From the sequence record SRR16203515_4226: a stretch of 34,888 nucleotides of DNA. One strand, written 5' to 3'. How positions within the stretch are numbered: the stretch's first letter is position 1; each line of letters begins with the position of its first letter. The notes beneath the pieces were generated by a model. It did no database searches. It was given only the letters and a program-made list of their open reading frames with translations, and had not been told where the DNA came from. This document shows, in pieces, positions 21,521 to 30,739 of this stretch. The position numbers and the translations under genes were made by a program.

Positions 21521-23812
21521 ATGATGAACGCAAACAAATTTAAAACAAGATTGTGCTACGCCACGCTTGTTGCTGCTTGCTCAATGAGCATGGTGGCATG
21601 TTCGGGTGACGACGGCAAAGACGGTGAAGATGGTCAGCCTGGCGGTAACGTTAGCACCACAGCAGAAGTGCTAACCTTAACGCTAACAAGCACCACGATT
21701 ACCGATAACGTGTTGAGTATCGACTTTAGTGCCGAGAACGAACTGGCAATCCCTGTAATTAAAATTGCCGCGATTAAAGTCAATGCCGCGCAGTTACTGC
21801 CACAAATTGAAGGCGAGCGCTCACAATGGCAAAAGCTAGCAGGTGAAACTTGCTCACCTGCAAAAGGCTGCGAAGGCACTTTAGTTGATAACATGGATGG
21901 TAGTTACCGCTACACCATGAATGCACCGCTATCGATGGGCGATGTAAGCCATAACAGTGATTTCACTCAGCGCGTACTATTTAGCGTGTTAGCAACAGAC
22001 AATATTCCAGCCACTGAAGTTATCTCAGACTTTAAAGTCGATGGCAGCGAAGTCACCGATAACCGCGGCATCATTGATGGTAGCTCATGCTTGAGCTGTC
22101 ACGACGATATCGCGTCAATTAAACATGGCGGCGCTAACATTGAAAACTGCGCAAGTTGCCACACTAGCAACAATATGGACAATCCAGAGATGGTTTGGCC
22201 GGTACTTGCTCACACCGCTCATATTGGTATAACTCCACAAGCGCTGGGCAACTGTACTAGCTGTCACTCGAAAGAGATCAGCGAAACAGAGCTGCAAGCC
22301 ACGAACTGGAACTTAGTGCCAACCCGTGAAACCTGTTCTAGCTGTCACGATATGACAACTAATCCAGTGTACGACCACAGCACCCAACCTGATAACGCTA
22401 ACTGCTTGACCTGTCACTCACCAGAGAACACTTATGACGTTCATATGAGTAAGTCAGAAAAAGCAGTCGCAGAAGATCAGCGTAATATCGTCAATATTAG
22501 CCTTGAAGAGGCCAAGCTTGTTGAGCAAGACGGTGAGCATTACGCTGAAATTAGCTTCGCCCTAATTGATCGTCAAGGTGAGCGTATTAGCGTTGCCAAC
22601 AACAATCCTGCCGACGCAGACTGGATTAAAAACCTACAGCTTTATGTTAACTGGGGTACTTCAGTCGACTTCACCACCAGCCGTGGTTACAGCATTTTTG
22701 TTAAGAGTAACAAGAAAGACATTACCCAAGATGGTAGTGGTGACACGCCAGCCGGCGAGCGTGAGCGTACACCGCTACACAGCTCACAAGACAATGTGTT
22801 TACTTACCTAATGGGGCCAATTGTTACTCAAGACGCTATCTCAGGCGACTTAATTGATGATGCAGGCTTTATCACTAACCGCTTTATCTACTGTTTCGAT
22901 GACGCACAAAATCTAGTGAGCTGTGATCAAGACGGCCACACTAAAAACGCAGAAGCCAACAAGCGTTGGTTCTTTGATAAACATGGCCTAACCGATGCGC
23001 CTGAAGCTAAGCGTCCGGTGATTGTGAGCAACAAAACCTGTGGTACTTGCCATGGTTATGACGAGTTTAACGATAACACTGAGCTTGCTTGTCGTAACTG
23101 CCATAGCCGCAAGACTGAGATTAACAAAGAACTGGCCGATACCACCTGTTTCTCTGGTCACGACCACGACGAACTTGGTGAGCATATTCGTCCGTTTGAA
23201 GAGCGCGCCATGGTTGCTAAAGGTAAACCAGGCTTCTTAAGTTCTACAGCTGATATCGTTGACCCATGCTTGGCGTGTCATAACCCGAACACCCCGCCAA
23301 CTCAGGCGATTCGTGAAATGCACACTAAGCCAAGCGACTGGGATTATGTTGAACAGTTAACCGTCAGTCACCCTGACCATAAAGTTTGGATGCACTCGCT
23401 GCACACTAACCAACGTGCGACTCAAGACCGTGAAAACGGTGTACGTAACATCGAGTTCCCAGCGGATAAAGCTAACTGTTACCGCTGTCACGAAGGCGAC
23501 ACCTTTGGCGTTGACCGTCTAACAGCTGTGGGTCGTCCACTGGCATTAGATTTGGACTACAACCCAGACTCACGTGCTCACCCAGCTACCGATATTACGG
23601 TTGATGCTTACACCTCTCCAGTTTCAGCGACTTGCTACGCGTGTCATGCCAAGCAAGAAGACGCTAACGGAAAAATGATGATCAACAAAGCCGTCCGTGC
23701 CCACATGGAGCAAAACGGTGGTCGTTTTGGTGTTGCAGCTAACGAGCTACAAGTTGAAGCGTGCGCAGTGTGTCACTCGCTAGACAACCTTAAACAGGTG
23801 CATAACCTTTAA
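21521..23812 (+). CDS. OmcA/MtrC/UndA-family outer-membrane multiheme c-type cytochrome lipoprotein (11 CXXCH)
   Basis: Lipobox MVAC followed by SGDDGKDGEDG. CXXCH motifs CLSCH, CASCH, CTSCH, CSSCH, CLTCH | CGTCH, CRNCH, CLACH, CYRCH, CYACH, CAVCH. Cys pairs CX5C and CX9C lie in the non-heme domains. Confidence 0.92.
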   Translation: MMNANKFKTRLCYATLVAACSMSMVACSGDDGKDGEDGQPGGNVSTTAEVLTLTLTSTTITDNVLSIDFSAENELAIPVIKIAAIKVNAAQLLPQIEGERSQWQKLAGETCSPAKGCEGTLVDNMDGSYRYTMNAPLSMGDVSHNSDFTQRVLFSVLATDNIPATEVISDFKVDGSEVTDNRGIIDGSSCLSCHDDIASIKHGGANIENCASCHTSNNMDNPEMVWPVLAHTAHIGITPQALGNCTSCHSKEISETELQATNWNLVPTRETCSSCHDMTTNPVYDHSTQPDNANCLTCHSPENTYDVHMSKSEKAVAEDQRNIVNISLEEAKLVEQDGEHYAEISFALIDRQGERISVANNNPADADWIKNLQLYVNWGTSVDFTTSRGYSIFVKSNKKDITQDGSGDTPAGERERTPLHSSQDNVFTYLMGPIVTQDAISGDLIDDAGFITNRFIYCFDDAQNLVSCDQDGHTKNAEANKRWFFDKHGLTDAPEAKRPVIVSNKTCGTCHGYDEFNDNTELACRNCHSRKTEINKELADTTCFSGHDHDELGEHIRPFEERAMVAKGKPGFLSSTADIVDPCLACHNPNTPPTQAIREMHTKPSDWDYVEQLTVSHPDHKVWMHSLHTNQRATQDRENGVRNIEFPADKANCYRCHEGDTFGVDRLTAVGRPLALDLDYNPDSRAHPATDITVDAYTSPVSATCYACHAKQEDANGKMMINKAVRAHMEQNGGRFGVAANELQVEACAVCHSLDNLKQVHNL

Positions 23813-23855
23813 GGTCAACCCAAAAAGTAATTGATGTCCCTGCAAAAGATATCAA

Positions 23856-23889
23856 GCAGCCCAACGTTTACGTTGGGCTGCAACTTTTT
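23856..23889 (+). terminator. Probable intrinsic terminator after the cytochrome gene
   Basis: GCAGCCCAACG-ttta-CGTTGGGCTGC followed by AACTTTTT. Confidence 0.75.
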
Positions 23890-24097
23890 AATCAAGCGCA
23901 AAATTACCCTGTTAAACATTTCGCCAGCATTTAACACTTGTATGCATAAATCGATTTTCTCAAAGCGCCAAACTTATGCGCGAGCTGGCAACCTTGATGG
24001 AAAGCTGGAAGTGGATCAAAGTTTACGGGCAAAGATTTCCTCAGAAATAGACCTAAGAATATACTCAATTAGATATCTGTTTTATAAGAGAACGCCT

Positions 24098-25333
24098 GTG
24101 CAATTAACGCCAACGCTAAGCTTAAACGTGACTCAACAGCACCTTATCGATGCTGAGGACTCGTCACGTATCGAACTCAGCTACGCCGAAACTGCCGTTC
24201 TGCAATTGATGCTCAAACATCAAGGCACTCTCATTACCCGCGAAGCCTTACTAGAAGCCGGTTGGCATGACAGAGTGGTTTCCGCCTCTTCATTACAGCA
24301 GTGCATTAGCGTACTGAGAAAGAAGCTCGCCAACTACCCAGATATTGAGCTAAAAACCATTCCGAGGCATGGCTACGTATTACATTTAGCCGCAAAAGAC
24401 GCACAGGCGGCAAAACTCAAGCAACCTAAAGCCATTGTGCTATTTGCTATCGCAGTGATCCTGTTGGGGTTATTACTCGGCTACGCCTATTTTACTCACC
24501 AACAAGCACCGTATAGTGAAACCAGTATCAGCACTAAACTGAACCACGCAACGGGTGAAATGACCGTTTTTAGCCCTAGCGCTGATGATAAGCTTAGCGT
24601 CAATATGGTCAATCAACGCTTAGGCAACCAAATAGCCCATGAGCCCAACTGGCAAGCGCCTTTCAAACAATTTAGTAGCTTTGCTTTGCTCAACCAGCAG
24701 ATGGACAACTTTGCTATCTGTCCTGACTATCAAAATAATCAGTGCAGCAGCAAACAGCTGATCAATATCAGTAGCGAAACCGGTCATGGCAGTAAGCTGG
24801 CGTTATCAGACTTTTTGACCACCAAAATACGCATGGAACAAAAGACCTATAACAAGCTAACCCTACCTGAACTGAGCAAACATCAGGGCGATCTTAAAGA
24901 GCAGATCTATCATGGCGACTTGTACTTTGCTATTGATGACCACCGCCTTGTTCGCAGCGACATTCGCATCTCATTAGTCAACCTTGCACCAGATAACGGT
25001 ATCTTCTACTTCGCCGCCTGTATCACCGACGAAGACTGCTACACCACGCCAATCCGTTACGAGATCCGTGGCCAATTTAAGCGCACCACCGAAAAATGGC
25101 AGCAGCGCAGAGTGGAGCGCTTTGATATCGACGTCAGTAAAACCACGCTATCTTCACCGAATGCCTTATCTGATACCGCGCAAACCATCTACCTCGCGCT
25201 AAGAAAACAGCATTTAACTCAAGCCCAACTGAGCTTTTATCGCATTTATCAAGATGACGGTACCGCTGTTTGGCAACTACCATTGGTGAACGATAACATC
25301 ATGTGGATGCAACGCCAGACACTCAAATTATGA
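24098..25333 (+). CDS. ToxR/CadC-like membrane-anchored winged-helix transcriptional regulator
   Basis: OmpR-type wHTH (LSYAE..VL..M...ITRE.LL...W....V...SL.Q.IS.LRKKL....LKTIPRHGY), one TM helix and a large C-terminal periplasmic domain. GTG 24098 with upstream GAGA is preferred over the track's 23831, which spans a terminator. Confidence 0.85.
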   Translation: MQLTPTLSLNVTQQHLIDAEDSSRIELSYAETAVLQLMLKHQGTLITREALLEAGWHDRVVSASSLQQCISVLRKKLANYPDIELKTIPRHGYVLHLAAKDAQAAKLKQPKAIVLFAIAVILLGLLLGYAYFTHQQAPYSETSISTKLNHATGEMTVFSPSADDKLSVNMVNQRLGNQIAHEPNWQAPFKQFSSFALLNQQMDNFAICPDYQNNQCSSKQLINISSETGHGSKLALSDFLTTKIRMEQKTYNKLTLPELSKHQGDLKEQIYHGDLYFAIDDHRLVRSDIRISLVNLAPDNGIFYFAACITDEDCYTTPIRYEIRGQFKRTTEKWQQRRVERFDIDVSKTTLSSPNALSDTAQTIYLALRKQHLTQAQLSFYRIYQDDGTAVWQLPLVNDNIMWMQRQTLKL

Positions 25334-25389
25334 TCCCTTGCCTGAGTTGATATATAATCTAACCTCTGTTCCTTTAGGCTAAAAACTCA

Positions 25390-26232
25390 ATGTTAAGTTA
25401 TCGTCACGGCTACCACGCTGGCAATTATGCCGATGTTCTCAAGCACGCTATTTTGCTACAAGTGCTTAAACTCATGCACAAAAAAGATAAGCCTATGGCT
25501 TATATCGACACCCATGCAGGCGCTGGCGGTTACGCATTAACTGATGAGTTTTCAAAGAAAACCGGTGAATACCTCGATGGCGTAGCCAGACTATGGGAAA
25601 GAACCGACTTACCAGAGTCTTTAGTGCAATACATCGAAGACGTGAAGCACTTCAACCAAGGTAAACAAGAGCTAGAGTTCTACCCGGGTTCACCTGCTTT
25701 TGTTGATATGAACATGCGTGAAAAAGATCGCATGGTATTGCACGAATTACACGGTACTGACTATTTAACCCTTGAAGAACAATACACTGGCGATCGCGCA
25801 GTTCGTGTTATCAAAGGTGACGGCCTTAAAGGCCTGATTGCTGCCGTGCCACCACTTGAGCGCCGCGGTGTGATCTTGATCGATCCAAGTTACGAGATCA
25901 AAACTGACTACCAAGATGTCGCTAAAGCGATTATCAAAGCTCACAAACGCTTTGCCACTGGCGTGTTTATGCTGTGGTATCCGGTTGTGGATCGCGACCA
26001 AACCGAAGGCATGCTTAAGTTATTAGCTGAAAGCGGCATTAAAAATCAATTGCGTATTGAGCAAGCGATTAAGCCAGATAGCAATGAATTCGGCATGACA
26101 GCAGCTGGTCTGTGGATCATTAACCCACCATGGCAGCTAGATACTACCGCTAAAGAGATGCTGGATTATTTAGAGCGTCGCATCGGCCATAACGGCGGCA
26201 AGACTACTGTTAAGCAAGAAGTGCCAGAATAA
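25390..26232 (+). CDS. rlmJ: 23S rRNA m6A2030 methyltransferase RlmJ
   Basis: MLSYRHGYHAGNYADVLKH, DTHAGAG, YPGSP, LIDPSYE and INPPW. Confidence 0.96.
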   Translation: MLSYRHGYHAGNYADVLKHAILLQVLKLMHKKDKPMAYIDTHAGAGGYALTDEFSKKTGEYLDGVARLWERTDLPESLVQYIEDVKHFNQGKQELEFYPGSPAFVDMNMREKDRMVLHELHGTDYLTLEEQYTGDRAVRVIKGDGLKGLIAAVPPLERRGVILIDPSYEIKTDYQDVAKAIIKAHKRFATGVFMLWYPVVDRDQTEGMLKLLAESGIKNQLRIEQAIKPDSNEFGMTAAGLWIINPPWQLDTTAKEMLDYLERRIGHNGGKTTVKQEVPE

Positions 26233-26237
26233 AAGGT

Positions 26238-26437
26238 AGAGCCTAGGAAAGCAAAGAAAGGTCCTAGGTGCGAGGCTCTAGGAAAAGCTAAGACGGAAAA
26301 GCAACAATCAAAAGATGTCAGTCTCAACGAGTAAGTTTTGACGTTGCTTTTAAGCTTTTCCTAGCAGCCAACTTGTTGGCGTCCTCGTAGGTGCGCAGCA
26401 CCGCCCTAGGAGTGAGCCTGCGAACGTCCTAGTACCT
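26238..26437. repeat. CTAG-rich, palindrome-rich intergenic repeat-like element
   Basis: Six CTAG sites. Inverted arms 26278-26289/26353-26364 and 26297-26305/26343-26351. Short hairpins GCCAAC-tt-GTTGGC and GGTGC-gca-GCACC. Confidence 0.6.
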
Positions 26438-26442
26438 GATGC

Positions 26443-26727
26443 CTATAAACACTCTTGATCATCATTAACCTGACGAGTAAACACGCCCAAAATGGCATTG
26501 ATGATCCCCACCTCTGTATCTCTATTATTCCCTGATGATTCCGAACTGCCGCCAATCGCTTGTCGTTGTTCTCTTTGCTCTGCGTTACCGTGAGCACCGC
26601 TAACAAAATCACAGCCGGCATTGGCTGCAGTGTTTGATGAACAGCCCGTTGCCACGATACTTACCAGCATTATCATCACAGTCCTTTGTACTCGCTTTTG
26701 CCTAAGCCCTTGTATAAGCCTTTGCAT
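26443..26727 (-). CDS. Small hypothetical lipoprotein
   Basis: SD AAGGAAAG; basic N-region, hydrophobic stretch and lipobox VATG-C; two further Cys. Confidence 0.65.
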   Translation of the reverse strand: MQRLIQGLRQKRVQRTVMIMLVSIVATGCSSNTAANAGCDFVSGAHGNAEQREQRQAIGGSSESSGNNRDTEVGIINAILGVFTRQVNDDQECL

Positions 26728-26771
26728 CAATTCTTTCCTTAATTATTCAAACAACGACTCAATCTGGTCGC

Positions 26772-28166
26772 TTAAAATGCACCTGCGGCCCCAGGAAATA
26801 CCACAGGGCTTACGTTACCATTAGCACTCACACTGGCAACACCAAATAGGTAGTTATCAATCACCATATTATTCAAGGTGAATGACTCAACCTTACCGAC
26901 ATAGCGGCTATGGGTCCACTCAGGTTCAGTGGTTAAACGCCAATATACCCGGTAACCAACCACATCTTTAGCGGCACTTTGCTGCCAACTCAGTGTGGTA
27001 TTAGCTGACACTTTACCCGCAATGGTCACTTCGCTTGGCGGCGCTGGAGCCCAAGCCATTGAGGCTAAACTAATCGCATTCAGCGCGGTCAATTTGGCAT
27101 TAAAATCAAAATCGACACCCTCAATCACATCACCATAAGCAATGCCGTTCTCTACGCGAATATCTTGATGCTGACGGTCATAGTGCTCGTTAGTTTCCAT
27201 GATCCGCACCGCAGGAAAGCCTGCTTTATTGAACGGCAAATGGTGACCACCGCGACCAAATCTGTCTAAGCGGTATACCAACATTACATCGAGATTTGTC
27301 ATGTATTGGTCGGCTAGTGTTTTGATCTTACGAGCGAGATTGCGAGATGCTGAATCATTCTCACCCCCACTAAAATAACGCTCTTTAGCTTCATCGGCAG
27401 TTTCGGCAATACGCACACCTTCTGAAAATACCCGCACTGAGCGGTTATCGATAACGCCATTAATCCCTGCAATATTACCTATCATGTCATTATTGAGCAC
27501 CGCTTCAACTCGCCAGCCTTGCTCTTTTGCATACTGAGCGAGTGTTGCGCCGCCATATAAGCCTTGCTCTTCACCAGACAGCGCCGCATAAACAATCGTG
27601 CCAGCAAACTGATACTGCGACAACACTCGCGCCGCTTCTATCGCACCCGCCACGCCAGAAGCATTGTCGTTAGCACCGGGAGAAATTGATTTAGCGTTCA
27701 TCACATCGGTTACGCGTGAATCAATATCGCCACTCATCATCACCACGCGTTTGGGGTCAAGTGTGCCGCGTTGAATGGCGATAACATTAACCACTTCAGT
27801 GGGATTAGGAATACGTTTCCCCGTCACAGTATCACTTAAGCTAATCACCTCTATGCAGCCACCGCAGTCTTTAGATATTTGCTCAAACTCCGCTTTTATC
27901 CAGCGCTTTGCCGCACCAATACCTTGAGTCTCAGATTCGGTTTCAGACAAAGTATGCCGGGTGCCAAAGCTCACCAGTTTAGCCACATCTTGATGCAAAC
28001 GGCTTGCAGAGGTGGCGTTGGCAATATCGTATAAACGCATATCTTCAGTAGACGGGGCAGCTGTTAACTGTGCATCTTGGTTAGCAAAAGCGGCAGCAGG
28101 TATTAACAGGGATAAAGCAGCTACGCTTAAGCTCACGCGGCTTTTAATTGAGGGGATAAATTGCAT
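26772..28166 (-). CDS. Secreted M28-family metallopeptidase with C-terminal FN3-like domain
   Basis: Signal peptide; DIDSR, PGANDNASG, GEEQGL, NNDMIG and HQD motifs; C-terminal beta-sandwich (TLSW...GYRVYWR). Confidence 0.9.
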   Translation of the reverse strand: MQFIPSIKSRVSLSVAALSLLIPAAAFANQDAQLTAAPSTEDMRLYDIANATSASRLHQDVAKLVSFGTRHTLSETESETQGIGAAKRWIKAEFEQISKDCGGCIEVISLSDTVTGKRIPNPTEVVNVIAIQRGTLDPKRVVMMSGDIDSRVTDVMNAKSISPGANDNASGVAGAIEAARVLSQYQFAGTIVYAALSGEEQGLYGGATLAQYAKEQGWRVEAVLNNDMIGNIAGINGVIDNRSVRVFSEGVRIAETADEAKERYFSGGENDSASRNLARKIKTLADQYMTNLDVMLVYRLDRFGRGGHHLPFNKAGFPAVRIMETNEHYDRQHQDIRVENGIAYGDVIEGVDFDFNAKLTALNAISLASMAWAPAPPSEVTIAGKVSANTTLSWQQSAAKDVVGYRVYWRLTTEPEWTHSRYVGKVESFTLNNMVIDNYLFGVASVSANGNVSPVVFPGAAGAF

Positions 28167-28299
28167 AATTGGGGCATTCTTTTGTTGTTATTTTAAACAA
28201 CACAGTAGCAAAATCCGCCGCCTAAAACAGACCAAAGCAGCAAAGAATTGTTAATAGGTATGTCCGTACACTTGGGCAGTAAACCTTAGCTAATAAAGA

Positions 28300-29178
28300 T
28301 TAGTGCAACACCGAGTGTAACTCATCAAACAACCAGTGCATCACCGGGCCGATTTGTTTATCACGGCGGTTTACCACACCCATTTCCACCAGCAATGGCT
28401 CGGTTATATATTCGGTTGAAAGCTCTTTTAGATCGTCAATGTACCAGTCTGATTTAGCCACATGCTCAGGCACTAGCGCCCAGCCTACGCCCTGTAAAAC
28501 CAAAGCAACGATGTAGTAATAACTATCAATATACCAATAGTTTGCAGATAAAGGCGGCGTTTGTGACTGCCCGGTAATATCGCAAATAGCCAACTGCCGA
28601 TATTGCATCAGTTGCTCTAAAGTTGGCGCAAGATTAGATGCTAATGCATGAGTTGGGGCTACTACTAAGCTCTGCTTAAACTGACCAATCGACATAAAAT
28701 CGAGCGAGTCTGGCAGCATGGTCGAGGAGTGAAACATAATGCCAATATCGGCGCGCCCGGCATCCACCCAGGCACCAATATCTTCTTGCGAACCATTGAT
28801 GATGGTGAGCTTCAGCAGCGGAAACTGTGTCGATATGCGCTGAAATAACGCTTCAAATGCAGTAACTGGCACAGCTTCATCCATGGCAACAGTCAGTGAG
28901 ATCTCCTCACCTGAGGTGACCGTCATTGCACGGGCATTTAAGCGTTGGCATTGAGCGAGTACTGACTGCGCCTCAATATACATCTCCTCACCAAGAGGGG
29001 TGAGCACTGGCAGCCTAGCACTGCGATCAAACAGCTCAAAGCCCAAACCGGCCTCCAAGTTACTAATCGCGGTACTGATACGCGACTGCGCTTTGCCCAT
29101 TTTGCGCGCGGCAGCGGAAAATGAGCCTAGCTTTACCGAGTTTACAAATGCATTAAGCTCATCAATCGTCCAGTTCAT
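28300..29178 (-). CDS. LysR-family transcriptional regulator
   Basis: N-terminal HTH GSFSAAARKMGKAQSRISTAISNLE..LG.ELFDR. Divergent from the MATE gene. Confidence 0.95.
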   Translation of the reverse strand: MNWTIDELNAFVNSVKLGSFSAAARKMGKAQSRISTAISNLEAGLGFELFDRSARLPVLTPLGEEMYIEAQSVLAQCQRLNARAMTVTSGEEISLTVAMDEAVPVTAFEALFQRISTQFPLLKLTIINGSQEDIGAWVDAGRADIGIMFHSSTMLPDSLDFMSIGQFKQSLVVAPTHALASNLAPTLEQLMQYRQLAICDITGQSQTPPLSANYWYIDSYYYIVALVLQGVGWALVPEHVAKSDWYIDDLKELSTEYITEPLLVEMGVVNRRDKQIGPVMHWLFDELHSVLH

Positions 29179-29277
29179 CGCCCGCCAACCTATACCAAAA
29201 ACAGATAGTAACTAACTTTATTCAATCTTAAATACAGAGTAACTTGCCGAGCTTTATTGTTCAATATTGATATTCCT

Positions 29278-30705
29278 ATGTTAGATCCAAGCATCGAAAA
29301 CACACAGACTCAGTCCATTAGCCGCACATTCTGGCGTTATACCCTGCCAGCTATTGCCGCTATGTTGGTTAACGGTTTATACCAAATCGTCGACGGTATT
29401 TTTATTGGTCATTACATAGGATTTGAAGGGTTAGCAGCGATCAACATGGCTTGGCCAGTGATCTACTTTATGGTGGGTTTTGGCATCATGGTGGGCATGG
29501 GCAGCGGCAGTTTATTGTCTATTCAGCGAGGTAAAGGTGATACCCGCGCTGCGCCAACGATTTTAACCAGCAGCTTAGTGATTATGCTGGGGTTAGCAGC
29601 CATATCGACCACGATTTTAATCACTTTTAGCGATTTCTTCCTGCAAGCTCAAGGCGGTGCAGGCAATACCTTAGTCATGGCGCAGGAGTATATTGGCGTG
29701 TTCACCTGGGGCGCTGCGATTACCGTAATCGCTTCAGCTATTCCTTTGCTGATAAGAAATGATGAAAGCCCCAACATAGCCACCGGCTTAATGGTGTTAG
29801 GCGCTGTCATCAATATTGCGCTCGACTATCTGCTGATCGGCGTATTCGATTTTGGCTTATTAGGTGCGTCCATGGCGACCATCAGTGCACAAGCAGTAGT
29901 TTGTGTCTTAGGCCTTATCTATTTTTGCTCAGTTAGAAGCAGCATTAACTGGTCAGCTAAATTTAGCTGGTTTAACGCCTCTTTTGCCAAGCAAATCGTG
30001 CTGCTTGGCTCTTCTAGCCTATTTATGTACCTGTACACTAGTTTTGTGTTTGCCTTACATAACCGCTTATTCACTGAATATGGTACGCCACTCACCGTAG
30101 GTGCATTTGCCATTGTTGGCTACCTTATGGTGTTGTATTACTTAATCGCTGAGGGTATTGCTGAAGGTATGCAACCGCCTGTGAGTTATTACTATGGCGC
30201 TGAGCAGCATGAAAACATCAATAAGATGCTTAAGTTATCGGTAAAAGTAACCTTAATTGCCGGTACCAGCTGGGTGTTACTACTCAACCTATTACCTGAA
30301 ACCATGGTTGGCTTGTTTAACAATGACGATCCATTGTTAATCGCAACTGCGATTGATGGCATTAAAATGCACCTGTTTGCTATGCCGCTAGATGGCTTTA
30401 TCGCCTTATCTTCCATCTACTTTATGGCGACTAACCAAGGCGTTAAAGCGCTGGTCATTGCCTGTGGCAATATGCTGATCCAGCTGCCATTTTTAATGAT
30501 TTTACCTAAATTTTTGGGCGTGAATGGCGTGTGGATGGCTATGCCACTGTCTAACATTGCTTTGTGTTTAATCGTGGTGCCAATGGTGTGGTTGGATATT
30601 CGCTCTCGCGCCAAAAAGGCCAATCAAGCTAAAGCTGAACAAGCTAAATCTGAACAAACTAAGTCAAACAAAGCCGAGTTAAACCAAGTTGCCGTAGCAC
30701 TATAA
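29278..30705 (+). CDS. MATE-family efflux transporter
   Basis: FWRYTLPAIAAMLVNGLYQIVDGIFIG, NIALDYLLI and GVNGVWMAMP; about 12 TM. Start may be 29257 (TTG) or 29278 (ATG). Confidence 0.93.
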   Translation: MLDPSIENTQTQSISRTFWRYTLPAIAAMLVNGLYQIVDGIFIGHYIGFEGLAAINMAWPVIYFMVGFGIMVGMGSGSLLSIQRGKGDTRAAPTILTSSLVIMLGLAAISTTILITFSDFFLQAQGGAGNTLVMAQEYIGVFTWGAAITVIASAIPLLIRNDESPNIATGLMVLGAVINIALDYLLIGVFDFGLLGASMATISAQAVVCVLGLIYFCSVRSSINWSAKFSWFNASFAKQIVLLGSSSLFMYLYTSFVFALHNRLFTEYGTPLTVGAFAIVGYLMVLYYLIAEGIAEGMQPPVSYYYGAEQHENINKMLKLSVKVTLIAGTSWVLLLNLLPETMVGLFNNDDPLLIATAIDGIKMHLFAMPLDGFIALSSIYFMATNQGVKALVIACGNMLIQLPFLMILPKFLGVNGVWMAMPLSNIALCLIVVPMVWLDIRSRAKKANQAKAEQAKSEQTKSNKAELNQVAVAL

Positions 30706-30739
30706 TCATCTAATATTTTAGAGCATATTGCGAAAGCGC

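Noticed and set aside
23831-24097. 89-codon N-terminal extension of the wHTH regulator in the ORF track
   Set aside because: It spans the cytochrome terminator hairpin. Regulator similarity begins only near GTG 24098, which has an SD-like element.
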